Shown here: one piece after another, positions 9,507 through 23,458 of the stretch
Layout of the letters: each line of letters begins with the position of its first letter
Position numbering within the stretch: position 1 is the first letter of the stretch
Source: Picochlorum sp. SENEW3
Taxonomy: Eukaryota
Direction: 5' to 3'
NCBI GenBank assembly: GCA_034226945.1
Contig: CP120465.1
Coordinates: forward strand, 1 to 37,568
Length of the DNA stretch: 37,568 bases
The notes under the pieces: generated by a model
Databases searched by the model: none
What the model was told of the DNA's origin: nothing
Seen by the model: the letters and a program-made list of their open reading frames with translations, nothing else
Program-made: the position numbers and the translations under genes

Positions 9507-9703
9507 TAGATGTACTGTATAGAGATATAGTATACAATCTATTGATATAGAGAACCATGATATATCTTGTTTCAAGTAGTCTCTAGGTGTATGGTATTTT
9601 GTTTCATACAAAAATATCGTACACATACAGACTACATACAACACCATAGAATGTGTCTAGACGTTGTACATATGTATAGATGTAAAAAAAATTCGTGTTT
9701 GAT

Positions 9704-10608
9704 ATGGGACAAAAAGCACATCCAATTGCGCTTCGTCAAGCTAGTAAGTATCGACATCAAGATACTGTATGGTATAGTCGACGATATCGTCAACAATTGG
9801 CCGCTCGTGATATGGCATATATGGAGTATATGCAGACGTTACGTGCTCAACAACAGTTGCCAACACCACGACTTGCTATTCAACATGGTCCAACTGGAAC
9901 ATATATGTATGGTTTTATCTGTACACCTCATACAAATCGTGAACACATGGCAACATTATGTTATACGCCATATTCATCACCGATGTCAGTATCCAATCTA
10001 CCTATCTCTATGTGGGGGTATCGAGACGTATGTATGCCTTGCCACACATCAGGATATATGCCACCGATGTTGGGTGTGTCTGAGAATACGCTACAACAAT
10101 GGACTGCATCGCGTGTTGTAGGTTTGTATCCTATGGAACATCTTTTAGCACATCTTGTGGACTCTTCTCTATCATTGCCATGTCATACATCAGAATTTCG
10201 TGTATCTCAATGGATTGTTGATCATATGGGAAATCATATGGAACGTAGTTTTCAAGCACCTGTGCATTGGATGCCCATTGGTGTGACACACATGTGGCAT
10301 GATGCAGGATTTGTTGCTGATGAAATTGTCTGGTTTTTAGAACGTCGTGTGGGATTTCGTCGTATTAAACAAGCACTTGCTCGACTGGTGGAATCAATGC
10401 CTTCTATTCAAGGTGTTCGTGTAGCTGTATCAGGTCGTGTTGGTGGTCGTTCTAAAAATCTCAGCGAGCTCGATGTGATGTCTGGAAATATGGAGCAACA
10501 CCACTTCATGTATTTTCACAACGTATTGACTATGCCCAACGAATTGCTCGAACACATCTTGGAACGTCTGGTGTTTCCGTGTGGCTGGTGTCGCGTGAAT
10601 CCCGATAA
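9704..10608 (+). CDS. rps3: ribosomal protein S3; apparent 1-nt frameshift in the A5 run at 10454-10458
   Basis: MGQKAHPIALR start; IQGVRVAVSGRVGG; adding one A gives SKKSQRAR...YGATPLHVFSQRIDYA...GVSVW, stop at 10608. Confidence 0.92.
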
Positions 10609-10625
10609 AAAGTGTTTTTCTATCT

Positions 10626-11045
10626 ATGTTACAACCAAAACGTACACGATATCGTAAACATCATAAACCACCACATGTGAGTCCAACGAATAATACATCA
10701 CATTTATGTTTTGGTGAATATGGGATTCAAGCATGTACATCCGGTCGAGTGACCGCTCGTCATTTAGAAGCTATTCGACGTGTGTGTACTCGTGTATGTC
10801 GTCGTCAAGGAAAAATTTGGATTCGTGTATTTCCAGACTGGTCTGTCACACGTAAATCTGCAGAATCTCGTATGGGAAAAGGTAAAGGTGCACCAAGTTT
10901 TTGGGTGTGTCCTGTACCTGCCGGAACACTGGTAGTAGAACTCAGTGGTATGCCTCAAGAAACAGCACGCCGTGCTGCCTATCTTGCGGGATTTAAACTT
11001 CCTATGACAACGCGATTTGTCACACGGCATGGTATTGCTGGATAA
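10626..11045 (+). CDS. rpl16: ribosomal protein L16
   Basis: MLQPKRTRYRKHHK...KIWIRVFPD...RMGKGKG. Confidence 0.97.
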   Translation: MLQPKRTRYRKHHKPPHVSPTNNTSHLCFGEYGIQACTSGRVTARHLEAIRRVCTRVCRRQGKIWIRVFPDWSVTRKSAESRMGKGKGAPSFWVCPVPAGTLVVELSGMPQETARRAAYLAGFKLPMTTRFVTRHGIAG

Positions 11046-11063
11046 AAAAATGTAGTATATACT

Positions 11064-11291
11064 ATGACACGTTCTGCATGGAAAGGACCGTATACTCGCG
11101 TTGCCTCGACAGATCAGGTGATTTGGTCACGAGCTTCTATGATTACCCCCGAATGGGTTGGACGACGTGTATCCATTCATAATGGAAAAACCTATGTCTC
11201 TCTTGATGTCACTCAAGATATGGTAGGACATCGATGGGGTGAATTTGCGTCAACTCGACGTCGTGCACAACACCGTCGTGAAACACGATAA
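11064..11291 (+). CDS. rps19: ribosomal protein S19
   Basis: RSAWKGP...WSRASMI...IHNGK...MVGHRWGEFASTR. Confidence 0.96.
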   Translation: MTRSAWKGPYTRVASTDQVIWSRASMITPEWVGRRVSIHNGKTYVSLDVTQDMVGHRWGEFASTRRRAQHRRETR

Positions 11292-11437
11292 ATATCTATA
11301 GTCATAGAGACACTCTATAGAATAGATGATTTTTTATCGAATCATAGTACATCACTACGTGTCATACGCATATACAATGATGTCATAGAGATATATTTAT
11401 GAATCTGGGTATGATATGAAAAAAAAATATAGATGCC

Positions 11438-11959
11438 ATGACATCATATACTATGTCTCCAGTACACTATTATATGCAAAAGTGGCCCTATATGTTGCTC
11501 TATCAATATACAGGAATGCGTGTTGATCAATGGCAACATCTTCGTGTGTCTTTGGGACCACATGCGGCATGTATGGTCTGTAAAAATTCACATCTTATTC
11601 CATATATGTCTCATACTCATATGTGTCATGGGGCAACATGTATGATTGGTGTGTCATCCATGGAAGATATGCATCGTGTGCATACTTTAACCCAAGAATA
11701 TGGGTATTCTATGGTATTGATTGGTGGGTATTGGAACCAACAATGTCGAAGCTATCAAGATGTGATGCATCTTTGTACACTTCCATCACATACCACGTTA
11801 TATACAACGTTTCTTCAGTGTATTTCACCTGTATCCCACTTGGATTCAACACTTCAACACTCTCAAATTCAATGTGTGAATACTCTCGAGGCATCTCAAA
11901 CACGTCTCTATCATCTATTATATATGTATACGACAACACATTCCACATCTCACCACTAG
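11438..11959 (+). CDS. rpl10: probable ribosomal protein L10 (divergent)
   Basis: YQYTGMRVDQWQHLR...VCKNS...HGATCM...LIGG pattern matches the uL10 layout; lies at the end of the rps3-rpl16-rps19 cluster. Confidence 0.72.
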   Translation: MTSYTMSPVHYYMQKWPYMLLYQYTGMRVDQWQHLRVSLGPHAACMVCKNSHLIPYMSHTHMCHGATCMIGVSSMEDMHRVHTLTQEYGYSMVLIGGYWNQQCRSYQDVMHLCTLPSHTTLYTTFLQCISPVSHLDSTLQHSQIQCVNTLEASQTRLYHLLYMYTTTHSTSHH

Positions 11960-11979
11960 AGATTATATTGTTTATATAT

Positions 11980-13452
11980 AAAATAATAGTCAATCCAACC
12001 GCAGGTTCCCCTACGGTTACCTTGTTACGACTTCACTCCAGTTGATCTATGCGGTCTGGGACCCATGATGTACAGTGTATGATGTGTGTATTGTTCACAA
12101 TACACGTGGCATACACGGTATGTATAGGTACTTCCACTACATACATCTCCCAGAGTGTGACGGGCGGGGAGTACAAGGCTCAGGTACATATTCACCGTGG
12201 CGTGCTGATCCACGATTACTAGTGATTCCGGCTTGATGGTGTCGAGTTGCAGACACCAATCCGTACTGAGGTGTGATTTGGCGATTGGCTCCACCTTTCG
12301 GTCTTGCTACGTATTGTTCACACCATTGTAACACGTGTGTAGCCCAGTTCATAAGGGTCATGAGGACTTGACGTCATCCCATCCTGCCTCCAGTCTCTCA
12401 CTGGCGGTCCACATTGACATACGTGTGTATAGTGCAATGTGGCAGGGTTTCGCTCGTTCGGGAAATTAATCCAACATGTCACCACACGAGCTGACGACAG
12501 CCATGCAACACCTGTGATCCATAGGGATCATGTCAAGAACTGGTAAGGTTATGCGCGTAGTATCGAATTAAACCACATGTTCCACCACTTGTGTGAGCCC
12601 CCGTCTATTCCTTTGAGTTTTAATCTTGCGATCGTACTCCTCAGGCGGACCATTTACCGCGTTAGCTAACCCACATCCCTGAATCTCAGGAATATAGGGA
12701 ATGGTCATCGTTGACAGCGTGGACTACAGGGGTATCTAATCCCTTTTGCTCCCCACGCTTTCGCACCTCAATGTCAGGTACGTGCAAGAGCACTGCCTTC
12801 GCGTTTGGTGTTCCTTCCCAGATCAACACATTCTACCGCTTCCTGGGAAATTCCATGCTCCTTTCACGTCCTCAAGTGATATGATGTCTGTATCTATCGA
12901 CAAAACCTATGGTTTGAATACATACCACACCATATCACCACCTACGTGCGCTTTACGCCCAATCATTTTGAATAACGCTTGCCCCTCTCGTATTACCGCG
13001 GCTGCTGGCACGAAATTAGCCGGGACTTGGACACTTTACACGGTCAATGTCTATATAAAGTGCATAGGGTTTACAACGTATGTCGCCGTCATCCCCAAAG
13101 CGATATCACTGGATCAGGCTTGCGCCCATTGTCCAAGATTCCCCACTGCTGCCGCTCGTAAGCGTCTGGGCCGTGTCTCAGTCCCAGTGTGGCCGATCAT
13201 TCTCTCAAACCGGCTAGGCATCTCAGGCTTGGTGCGCCATTACCACACCAACAACCTAATACCCCGCAAGCTCATCCATAGCCGATATATATCTTGTGAT
13301 AGACACAGCAACATTTCGTTACAAGCTATGGGTAGATTCTCACGTGTTACGCACCCGTGCGCCACTCATATACATGTGTATATGCGTTCGACTTGCATGT
13401 GTTAGGTGTATCGCGAGCGTTCATTCTGAGCCAGGATCAAACTCATGTCATA
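11980..13452 (-). rRNA. rns: small subunit rRNA; ends approximate
   Basis: Reverse complement has GAGTTTGATCCTGGCTCAG, GTGCCAGCAGCCGCGGTAATAC, ATTAGATACCCC and AAGTCGTAACAAGGTAACC. Confidence 0.97.
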
Positions 13453-13647
13453 TAGTGGCATCTATCATAATACAATATCATTATGATAGATCATATATGC
13501 ATAGTATATATACTACATATATGTATAGTACAAACGGTTTGTTGATACATCATGTCAACGTGATGTATGATATAAAGAGTCTATCTCTCTTGAAACCGTG
13601 CATCTCCAAAGACATCTATCAGACAACAACATTCAATACGATGTCTA

Positions 13648-15249
<1,602 letters not shown>

Positions 15250-15376
15250 CTAGACAACAAAAGAAATAGGTGCTTCTCAAAGAGCTCTATATAGAGAGAC
15301 ACACAAAAGACTCACACATCGCATGATACACATCTACGTTGTCTATATACCACATAACACATGTGTGTACTCTATA

Positions 15377-16845
15377 CTAGAGACCATGATAAATGACATG
15401 AGCCACACTGCTATGCATGACGGAAAGATATGATTCGGGATAGAGCCCCATCCAAAGTACTACTAGGATGAGTGGTACAAAACACCAAAATTCACGTCGA
15501 TTGATATCAGCTGTAGTATTCATAAAATGGGGTTTTGGAACACCATATAAAACACGATTACACAACCATAGTCCATACCCAGCGCCTAAAATCATACCAC
15601 TTGCTGCAAGAGATGCTGCCCAAGTTGATGTTTGAAAAATACCAGCAAACACGAGAAATTCTCCTACAAAACTACTTGTTCCTGGAAGACTAATATTAGC
15701 CATGGTAAAAAAGACTAAAAAAAGAGCAAAAAGTGGCATAGTACGAGCCATACCTGCGTAGTATCGTAATACACGAGTTTTATGACGATCATACAGAACA
15801 CCAACACATAAAAAGAGTGCAGGTGATACCACACCATGGCTTAACATTAATACAATAGCACCTTCAATTCCCTGTGTATTGAGACTAAAAAGACCAAGTG
15901 TGACAAAATTCATATGGGCAACACTTGAATACGCAATGATTTTTTTTAAATCAACTTGTCGAAGTGTTGTTAAACTTGTATAGACAATAGCAATCACACT
16001 CATGGTGAGCATGAGTGGTGTAAAATAGAGTGTGGCATAAGGAAACATGGGAATTGAAAAACGTAAAAAACCATAGGTTCCTAATTTTAAAAGAACACCT
16101 GCTAACACCAGACTTCCAGCAGTAGGTGCCTCTACGTGAGCTTCTGGAAGCCAAATATGTACTGGAACCATAGGAACCTTAACAGCAAAACTGGCAAACA
16201 TAGCAACCCATAGAAGAAGTTCACGAGATTCACTCCATGTGGTTGTGTAGAGCATATCAATATCCGTACTTCCACATTGAAACGCCATGAGTAATACACC
16301 TAAGAGCATGAGCACGGAACCTAGAAGCGTATAGAGAAAGAATTGATATGCAGCACGAATTTTACGTTCACGTGCACCCCACACCCCAATAACCAAAAAC
16401 ATGGGCAAGAGCACACTTTCGAAAAACACATAGAAAAGCAGTAAGTCGAGAGCTGAAAATACAGCCATCACCATGCTTTCCATCAGTAAAAATGCAATAC
16501 AGTATTCACGAACACGATGTTGCACACTATGCCAACTTGCTAATATACAAATAGGCATTAAAAATGTGGTTAAGAGCACAAAAACAGTGAAATACCATCG
16601 AGACCAAATCGAAAGTGTGTTGTATCCAACATACTGCTAGCACCACCAAAGGAGACGTCAAACACATATTGATAAAGCGGTGTTGATGCATCAAATTCAA
16701 CCCATAAAACCAGTGACAGTACAAATGTCAACACCATAGTCCAAAGGGTCCACATTTTATAGGTGTTGGACATACCACGTGGAAGTATTGGTAACACCAT
16801 GGCACCAACAATAGGCATACACAGGACAAGGGCAAGAGGGGACAT
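15377..16845 (-). CDS. nad4: NADH dehydrogenase subunit 4; apparent 1-nt frameshift at 16580-16584
   Basis: GLDGISLF in ORF 16570..16845 joins HIWLPEAHVEAP and AYSSVAHM in ORF 15377..16579 when one T is added. Confidence 0.96.
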
Positions 16846-16860
16846 GAGATATATCTATTT

Positions 16861-18853
16861 TTAGAGCACCGGTGAAACCAGTCCAGACACCAGAAGAACA
16901 CCTACAAGACGAGCATCCATAGAAAGAGATGACATACTTGCCAGTGCAACACAGACCGTAACACCAAACAGCATCACAAGTGCATAGTGATACATATAAC
17001 CAGACTGTAGTTGACGAAGACGTTGTGCAAGCGCAAGACTACACTGCGAAAGACCTTGTGGCCCCATCATTTCTAAAAGACCACGATCGAGTGCACGAAA
17101 ACTCGTGCGATATCCCCATACCATTGCCGGACGACCCACATATGCATTATAGACCACATCTACAAACCAACGACGATTACAAAAACGCATCACCGAACGA
17201 TACCAGGGATGTGTGTGTAGAGACTCTACCCATGCCGGAGAAACCATACATGTGATATACGCTACACCAAGACCTGCCAATGTACCAAAGACTGGAACAA
17301 GACGAATCCATTGATCGAGATATTCTGATTCCACCATAGAGTCATGATATGGTGATGTATAGACAGCATTGCCCCAAAAATCTGTTCCAAGACCAATAAA
17401 CATATCTCGAGAAAGATATCCCACAAAAATACTTCCTACAGCTAAGATATATAAAGGTACAGCCATAGCAACTGGCGCTTCATGAACATGAGACATGGAT
17501 ACACGACTCGCACGTGGTGGTACAAGAAATACTAAAAAAGAAGTCGAAAACTATAGTAACTTGTTAGAAATACCACCAATGTAGTAATACACCATGCAAA
17601 ATTTCCCATGGATGTATATTGTCCACCAGAAATTTCTAGGATAACATCTTTACTATAAAAACCTGTAAGGTATGGCCATCCAACAAGTGCTAATGTACCA
17701 ATCAATGTCATAGCATAGGATAAGGGGACTAGTCGTACAAGACCTCCCATACGTCGCATATCCTGTTCATCTCCGAGTGCATGAATAACACTTCCAGCAC
17801 TTAAAAGAGAAGTGCTTTAAAAAAAGCATGATTGGCTAAATGATAGACACCAAGGGCATATTGAGACATACCACATGCTACCATCATATATCCCAATTGA
17901 CTGGCTGTAGAATAGGCAATAACACGCTTCATATCATGTTGAAATGCTCCGGTTGTTGCCGCAAAAAGACATGTCATAGCACCAATAATCGTAACACATG
18001 CAAGTGCTGTTGGAGATGATTCATAGAGTGGACTGAGACGAGCCAATAAAAAAACACCAGCTGTAACCATGGTGGCAGCGTGAATTAACGCAGACACGGG
18101 TGTTGGACCCTCCATAGCATCAGGAAGCCATGTATGAAGTCCCATTTGAGCAGATTTTCCCATAGCACCAATAAATAAAAGGATACAGGCTAAATCATTC
18201 CAATTCACTGGAATACCCCACATCATAAAGGTATGTTGATAACAGTGGGGTGCACATGCAAATACAGTAGCAAAATCCACACTTTGATACTGCATATAGA
18301 CAGCAAAGGTTCCCAGTGCTAGACCAACATCACCGATACGATTCATGACCATGGCCTTAATACTGGCCTTATTGGCAGCAACGCGTGTAAACCAAAAATT
18401 AATCAAAAGATAACTGGCAAGACCAACACCCTCCCAACCAAAAAAAAGTTGTACAAAATTATCAGCTGTTACCAACATCACCATGAAAAAGGTAAAAATA
18501 GATAAATAACTCATAAATCGTGGAATATGAGGATCTGCACTCATATATCCTGTGGAATAAAGATGTACTAAACTACTGACACCGGTAATAACAACCAACA
18601 TCACACATGTCAGTGTATCAAAATAAAAACCCCATCGAGCCTGAAATAAATCGGACACAAACCATGGACTCAGAGCAATACTACATGGACTTGCCTGAAA
18701 TCCCACTTCATACAAGGCCATCATAGAGAGACATGCGGTGATTGCCACACTTCCTGTGGTAATCAGTGCAGCTCCACGATGTCCAAGATATCGACCACCA
18801 AATCCTGCAGTCAAACTTGCCATAAGTGGCAGGGTGATAATCAGCAGATACAT
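16861..18853 (-). CDS. nad5: NADH dehydrogenase subunit 5; apparent 1-nt frameshifts at 17803-17806 and 17534-17539
   Basis: [45 protein letters not shown]; three ORF pieces join with one added T each. Confidence 0.96.
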
Positions 18854-18899
18854 TATTACTATTATGGTTTTTACACACCTGTACACGCATTGTCTACTA

Positions 18900-18973
18900 T
18901 ACACTCTGCAGGATTTGAACCTGCGACCCTCAACTTAGAAGGTTGGCGCTCTAGCCATCTGAGCTAAGAGTGC
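18900..18973 (-). tRNA. trnR: tRNA-Arg(UCU)
   Basis: GCACTCT/AGAGTGT acceptor, anticodon TCT. Confidence 0.93.
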
Positions 18974-18987
18974 TCGACATATTCACG

Positions 18988-19070
18988 TGCTCACTACCGG
19001 ACTTGAACCGGTATCCCATATGGGAACAGATTTTAAGTCTGTCGTGTATAGCCAATTCCACCAAGTGAGC
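18988..19070 (-). tRNA. trnL: tRNA-Leu(UAA)
   Basis: GCTCACT/AGTGAGC acceptor, ACAGA-CT-TAA-AA-TCTGT arm, long variable arm. Confidence 0.95.
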
Positions 19071-19088
19071 AAACACATGAGTAGACGT

Positions 19089-19634
19089 CTAGTCTGAAAG
19101 TGCCTCGAGAGCTCTGTGAATCACGTCAGAAGATACGCCAGAATCATAGAGACCATGTTCTAACATCACCAGAGCTGGAATTCCCATAGCAACCTGTTGA
19201 ACCATGCGAGATGTTTGTCCAGCTGACATATGATGCATATAGGCACATCGTTGATGAATACCACGACATACATCTTGGCGAACCATATCTGTACATGCTT
19301 GAGCATAGCCAGCGACATGATGTTGTACTGTATGCCCTAATGTGGCCATAGATGCTCCTACATGTGTGGTTGATGTATGCACATGTACCAGAGATTGAAG
19401 TGCTTGTTCACGTGTCACAAGGGACTGTTCCATTTCTTGAGCAATATCGTGTCCACGACTATCCATACTAGCACCAATACTGTCACCAGCATAGGTATAC
19501 ACAAGATAGACAAATAGAAAAAAACTCAGAGCTACAAGAGTTTCTTCATTATAGATTAAAATATGTTTACTGCTACAGACACACCATAGCAAAAATGCTG
19601 CTACATACCAGCGTACATCACGAGTGCGAACCAT
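19089..19634 (-). CDS. atp4: ATP synthase subunit 4 (b, orf25/ymf39)
   Basis: SSKHILIYNEETLVALSFFLF motif; adjacent to atp8. Confidence 0.9.
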   Translation of the reverse strand: MVRTRDVRWYVAAFLLWCVCSSKHILIYNEETLVALSFFLFVYLVYTYAGDSIGASMDSRGHDIAQEMEQSLVTREQALQSLVHVHTSTTHVGASMATLGHTVQHHVAGYAQACTDMVRQDVCRGIHQRCAYMHHMSAGQTSRMVQQVAMGIPALVMLEHGLYDSGVSSDVIHRALEALSD

Positions 19635-19654
19635 GTATATTACGTTTTCCAATG

Positions 19655-20113
19655 TTATCCACGAGTCTCACGAATAGCGCGTACCATATACGCTACACGT
19701 AGGGACAGAGGAGCTTGTGTGAGAGCATGATAATAGGCACATTCTTGGCTAACTACCTGTTGTGCCATGTGTCGCATATATGCAGCATCGGCACTACCAT
19801 AGTGATGCGTCATAATATCACGACATGTAGCATGAGTCCATGTTTGTGCTTGGGTTTGAGCAGTGTGCATGGCACTACGAGCTTCGTGATGAGCTTGGCT
19901 TAATACACCATGAACACTATGCTCTACATGCTGTACTTCTTCACTGGAGTCGCCAGCGTGGTGCTGCATATGGTGAATACGTGCTTGACGATACGCCATA
20001 ATACGACTTACACGAGGTAACCAATACTTTGTTGCACCGTAGTAAAGACCACCATAAAACACACATAGCCAAAAATATTGTGAAAGATAGGTCACATGAT
20101 CAAGTTGTGGCAT
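19655..20113 (-). CDS. atp8: ATP synthase subunit 8
   Basis: MPQLDHVTYLSQYFW N-terminus. Confidence 0.94.
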   Translation of the reverse strand: MPQLDHVTYLSQYFWLCVFYGGLYYGATKYWLPRVSRIMAYRQARIHHMQHHAGDSSEEVQHVEHSVHGVLSQAHHEARSAMHTAQTQAQTWTHATCRDIMTHHYGSADAAYMRHMAQQVVSQECAYYHALTQAPLSLRVAYMVRAIRETRG

Positions 20114-20170
20114 AAATATCTCGATTTTATCAGTCTATATCCATATATATTTCTATAGATATAGAATCTC

Positions 20171-20253
20171 TGGGAGAGGCAGGATTCGAACCTGCGTAGA
20201 CTACCGTCAACGGAGTTACAGTCCGTCGCCTTTAGCCACTCAGCCACTCTCCC
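20171..20253 (-). tRNA. trnY: tRNA-Tyr(GUA)
   Basis: GGGAGAG/CTCTCCC acceptor, ACGGA-CT-GTA-AC-TCCGT arm. Confidence 0.95.
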
Positions 20254-20378
20254 AGCACATATAGAATGCACACATCCACATGCACATCTATATAAAATAC
20301 ACAGAGATCTGTATGTTATATAGAGACAGCTCCACACTGCTGTACGTATCTCATAGACCTCTATACGACACATATGTG

Positions 20379-20452
20379 GAGCAAGTAACTCAGTTGGTTA
20401 GAGTACACGCTTGATAAGCGTGATGTCGGGGGTTCAAGTCCCTTCTTGCTCA
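20379..20452 (+). tRNA. trnI: tRNA-Ile(GAU)
   Basis: GAGCAAG/CTTGCTC acceptor, CACGC-TT-GAT-AA-GCGTG arm. Confidence 0.95.
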
Positions 20453-20533
20453 AATATTGTTGATGCTAGTCGTGATATATATATGTATATGGTATCGATA
20501 TGCTATGTATATCAAAAAATATCCCAATTCTGT

Positions 20534-21313
20534 ATGGCTCTAAAAATGTTTGTACTGGGTCTCTGTATGCCGGTGTATGCACGTATGGATGCGCCTGAAC
20601 CATGGCAAATGGGTTTTCAAGACCCTGCTACACCCATTGCCCAAGGTATTATGGATTTACACCATGATCTTATGTTTTTTGTTATCTTTGTGGCTGTATT
20701 TGTGACATGGATGCTAGCACGTACTCTGTATCACTTTCGTGCATCGCGTAATCCACTTCCACAAAAAATTATTCATGGTACACTTATTGAAGTACTATGG
20801 ACAGTGACACCCAGTTTAATTCTTGTTATGATTGCGGTGCCAAGTTTTGCGTTACTTTATAGTCTTGATGAAGTGGTTGATCCCGCAGTGACTGTAAAAG
20901 CCATTGGCCATCAGTGGTATTGGACCTATGAGTATAGTGACTATGCAGAAGGTGACGAAGACAGTATTCAATTTGATAGTTATATGATTCCCGATGATGA
21001 ATTGGAACTAGGACAACTTCGACTTTTAGAAGTGGATAATCGTATGGTCGTACCAGTACATACCCATGTACGTGTGGTTATTACTGCTGCCGATGTACTC
21101 CATAGTTGGGCTGTACCAAGCCTTGGTGTGAAATGTGATGCTGTACCTGGTCGTCTCAACCAAGTTCCTGTCTATATTCGTCGTGAAGGTGTGTTTTATG
21201 GTCAATGTAGTGAACTCTGTGGTGTCAACCATGGCTTTATGCCTATTGTGGTAGAGGCAGTGCCTTTAGAAAACTATGTGGATTGGATTGCTGAGCGTTT
21301 AGAGGACATCTAA
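20534..21313 (+). CDS. cox2: cytochrome c oxidase subunit 2 (unsplit)
   Basis: [36 protein letters not shown]uA site; start chosen at ATG 20534. Confidence 0.97.
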   Translation: MALKMFVLGLCMPVYARMDAPEPWQMGFQDPATPIAQGIMDLHHDLMFFVIFVAVFVTWMLARTLYHFRASRNPLPQKIIHGTLIEVLWTVTPSLILVMIAVPSFALLYSLDEVVDPAVTVKAIGHQWYWTYEYSDYAEGDEDSIQFDSYMIPDDELELGQLRLLEVDNRMVVPVHTHVRVVITAADVLHSWAVPSLGVKCDAVPGRLNQVPVYIRREGVFYGQCSELCGVNHGFMPIVVEAVPLENYVDWIAERLEDI

Positions 21314-21399
21314 ACCGGTTGTATCCAAGAATTGTATTGTGTCTACTCTTTCAAACCTCAAGGTATACAAAGAGATAGTGATCTAAAAATAGACAATGT

Positions 21400-22190
21400 A
21401 TGTCATCAAAACATCCATTTCATCTTGTAGATCCCAGTCCATGGCCAATCTTTGCCAGTTTTGCAGCATTGGTTATGACATGTGGTGGTGTTATGTATAT
21501 GCACAGTTATGAACATGGAGGTCTTGTATTGAGTCTTGGTTTTAGCATGGTACTCTATGCTATGATTGTATGGTGGCGTGATGTTATTCGTGAAGCAAGT
21601 TTTCAGGGACATCATACTCAAGAAGTACAAACAGGACTTCGATATGGAATGTTACTCTTTATTGTGTCTGAAATTATGTTTTTTGTCGCATTTTTTGGGC
21701 ATTTTTTCATTCAAGTCTATCACCAACAGTAGATATTGGATGTGTCTGGCCCCCAAAGGGTATTGAAGCTGTGAACCCTTGGGATATTCCCCTATTAAAC
21801 ACTATGTTACTGCTGACAAGTGGTGCCAGTGTGACATGGGCTCATCATGCTATTGTAGCTGGTCATCAGCGTGAAGGTGTGTATGCTCTTGCTGCTACTG
21901 TGATTTTAGCGGCTATTTTTACGGGATTTCAGGCCTATGAATACATGGAAGCCCCTTTTACTATTAGTGATGGTATTTATGGTTCAACCTTTTATCTTGC
22001 AACTGGGTTCCATGGATTTCATGTCATGATTGGAACACTCTTTTTAACAGTGTGTCTCTATCGTCTTGCTCGTGGTCACTATAGTCCAGGTCATCATGTA
22101 GGTTTTGAATCTGCTGCATGGTACTGGCATATGGTCGATGTTGTATGGTTATTTTTATTTGTGTGTCTCTATTACTGGGGTGGTGCCTAG
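21400..22190 (+). CDS. cox3: cytochrome c oxidase subunit 3; apparent 1-nt frameshift at T6 21691-21696
   Basis: [21 protein letters not shown], one added T gives [29 protein letters not shown]. Confidence 0.97.
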
Positions 22191-22221
22191 TACCTAGTAC
22201 CTATAAAACAACGTGTGTGAT

Positions 22222-23418
22222 ATGGCTATTGAACAAGCGCTTACACCCCAGCGTGTAAAACACTTTACCCTGAATTTTGGTCCACAACATCCAGCGGCTC
22301 ACGGCGTGCTTCGTTTGGTTTTGGAAATGCAAGGTGAAGTGGTGGAGCGTGCAGATCCTCACATTGGACTCTTGCACCGAGGTACGGAGAAACTTGTGGA
22401 ATATAAAAATTATCTCCAAGCTCTGCCCTATTTTGATCGTCTAGACTATGTGTCTATGATGTGTCAAGAACACGCCTATTCTCTGGCGGTGGAGCGTTTA
22501 TTGGGCGTTTCCGTACCACACCGAGCACAATATATTCGTGTGCTCTATAGTGAACTTACTCGTCTTTTAAATCATCTATTAGCACTCACATGTCATGCCA
22601 TGGATGTTGGCGCTTTAACCCCATTTTTATGGGCCTTTGAAGAGCGTGAAAAACTCATGGAATTTTATGAACGCGTGAGCGGTGCTCGTATGCATGCGGC
22701 GTATATTCGTCCAGGTGGTGTTGCACAAGATCTTCCCATGGGATTAAGTCAAGATATTCATGCCTTTGCTCGTCAATTTGCATCTCGTATTGATGAAATG
22801 GAAGAAATGTTAACTGGAAATCGTATTTGGAAACAACGTCTTGTGGATGTCGGTCGTGTTACACGAGATCAAGCCCTTGATTGGGGTTTTTCCGGTGTGA
22901 TGTTACGTGGTAGTGGTGTTGCCTGGGATATTCGTAAAACAGAACCCTATGATGTCTATGGGGATATGGACTTTTCTGTGCCTGTTGGAACCCGTGGTGA
23001 CTGTTATGATCGCTATCTTATCCGTATGGAAGAAATGCGTGAAAGTCTGCGTATTATTGCTCAGTGTTTACATACTATGCCTACAGGACCAGTTCGTGTT
23101 GATGATCGCAAGATTACGCCTCCAAGTCGCGGTGATATGAAACAATCTATGGAAGCCCTGATTCATCACTTTAAATATTATACAGAAGGTGTTGTTGTTC
23201 CAGCAGGTCAAACCTATGTACCAGTGGAAGCACCTAAAGGAGAATTTGGCGTGTATCTGGTAAGTAATGGAACTCATCGCCCCTATCGATGCAAAATTCG
23301 TGCACCAGGATTTGCACATCTTCAAGGGATTGATTTTATGGCACGTGGACATATGCTTGCTGATGTGGTGACCATGATTGGAACACAAGATATTGTATTT
23401 GGTGAAGTTGATCGATAA
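22222..23418 (+). CDS. nad7: NADH dehydrogenase subunit 7
   Basis: [15 protein letters not shown]...GLLHRGTEK...DIVFGEVDR. Confidence 0.99.
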   Translation: MAIEQALTPQRVKHFTLNFGPQHPAAHGVLRLVLEMQGEVVERADPHIGLLHRGTEKLVEYKNYLQALPYFDRLDYVSMMCQEHAYSLAVERLLGVSVPHRAQYIRVLYSELTRLLNHLLALTCHAMDVGALTPFLWAFEEREKLMEFYERVSGARMHAAYIRPGGVAQDLPMGLSQDIHAFARQFASRIDEMEEMLTGNRIWKQRLVDVGRVTRDQALDWGFSGVMLRGSGVAWDIRKTEPYDVYGDMDFSVPVGTRGDCYDRYLIRMEEMRESLRIIAQCLHTMPTGPVRVDDRKITPPSRGDMKQSMEALIHHFKYYTEGVVVPAGQTYVPVEAPKGEFGVYLVSNGTHRPYRCKIRAPGFAHLQGIDFMARGHMLADVVTMIGTQDIVFGEVDR

Positions 23419-23458
23419 CAATTGAAACACCGTGAGTTGCTATACTTGTGGTTTTATT

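Noticed and set aside
9567..10121. 184-aa ORF overlapping rps3
   Set aside because: Alternative frame of rps3 with no ATG start at the listed position and no recognisable motif
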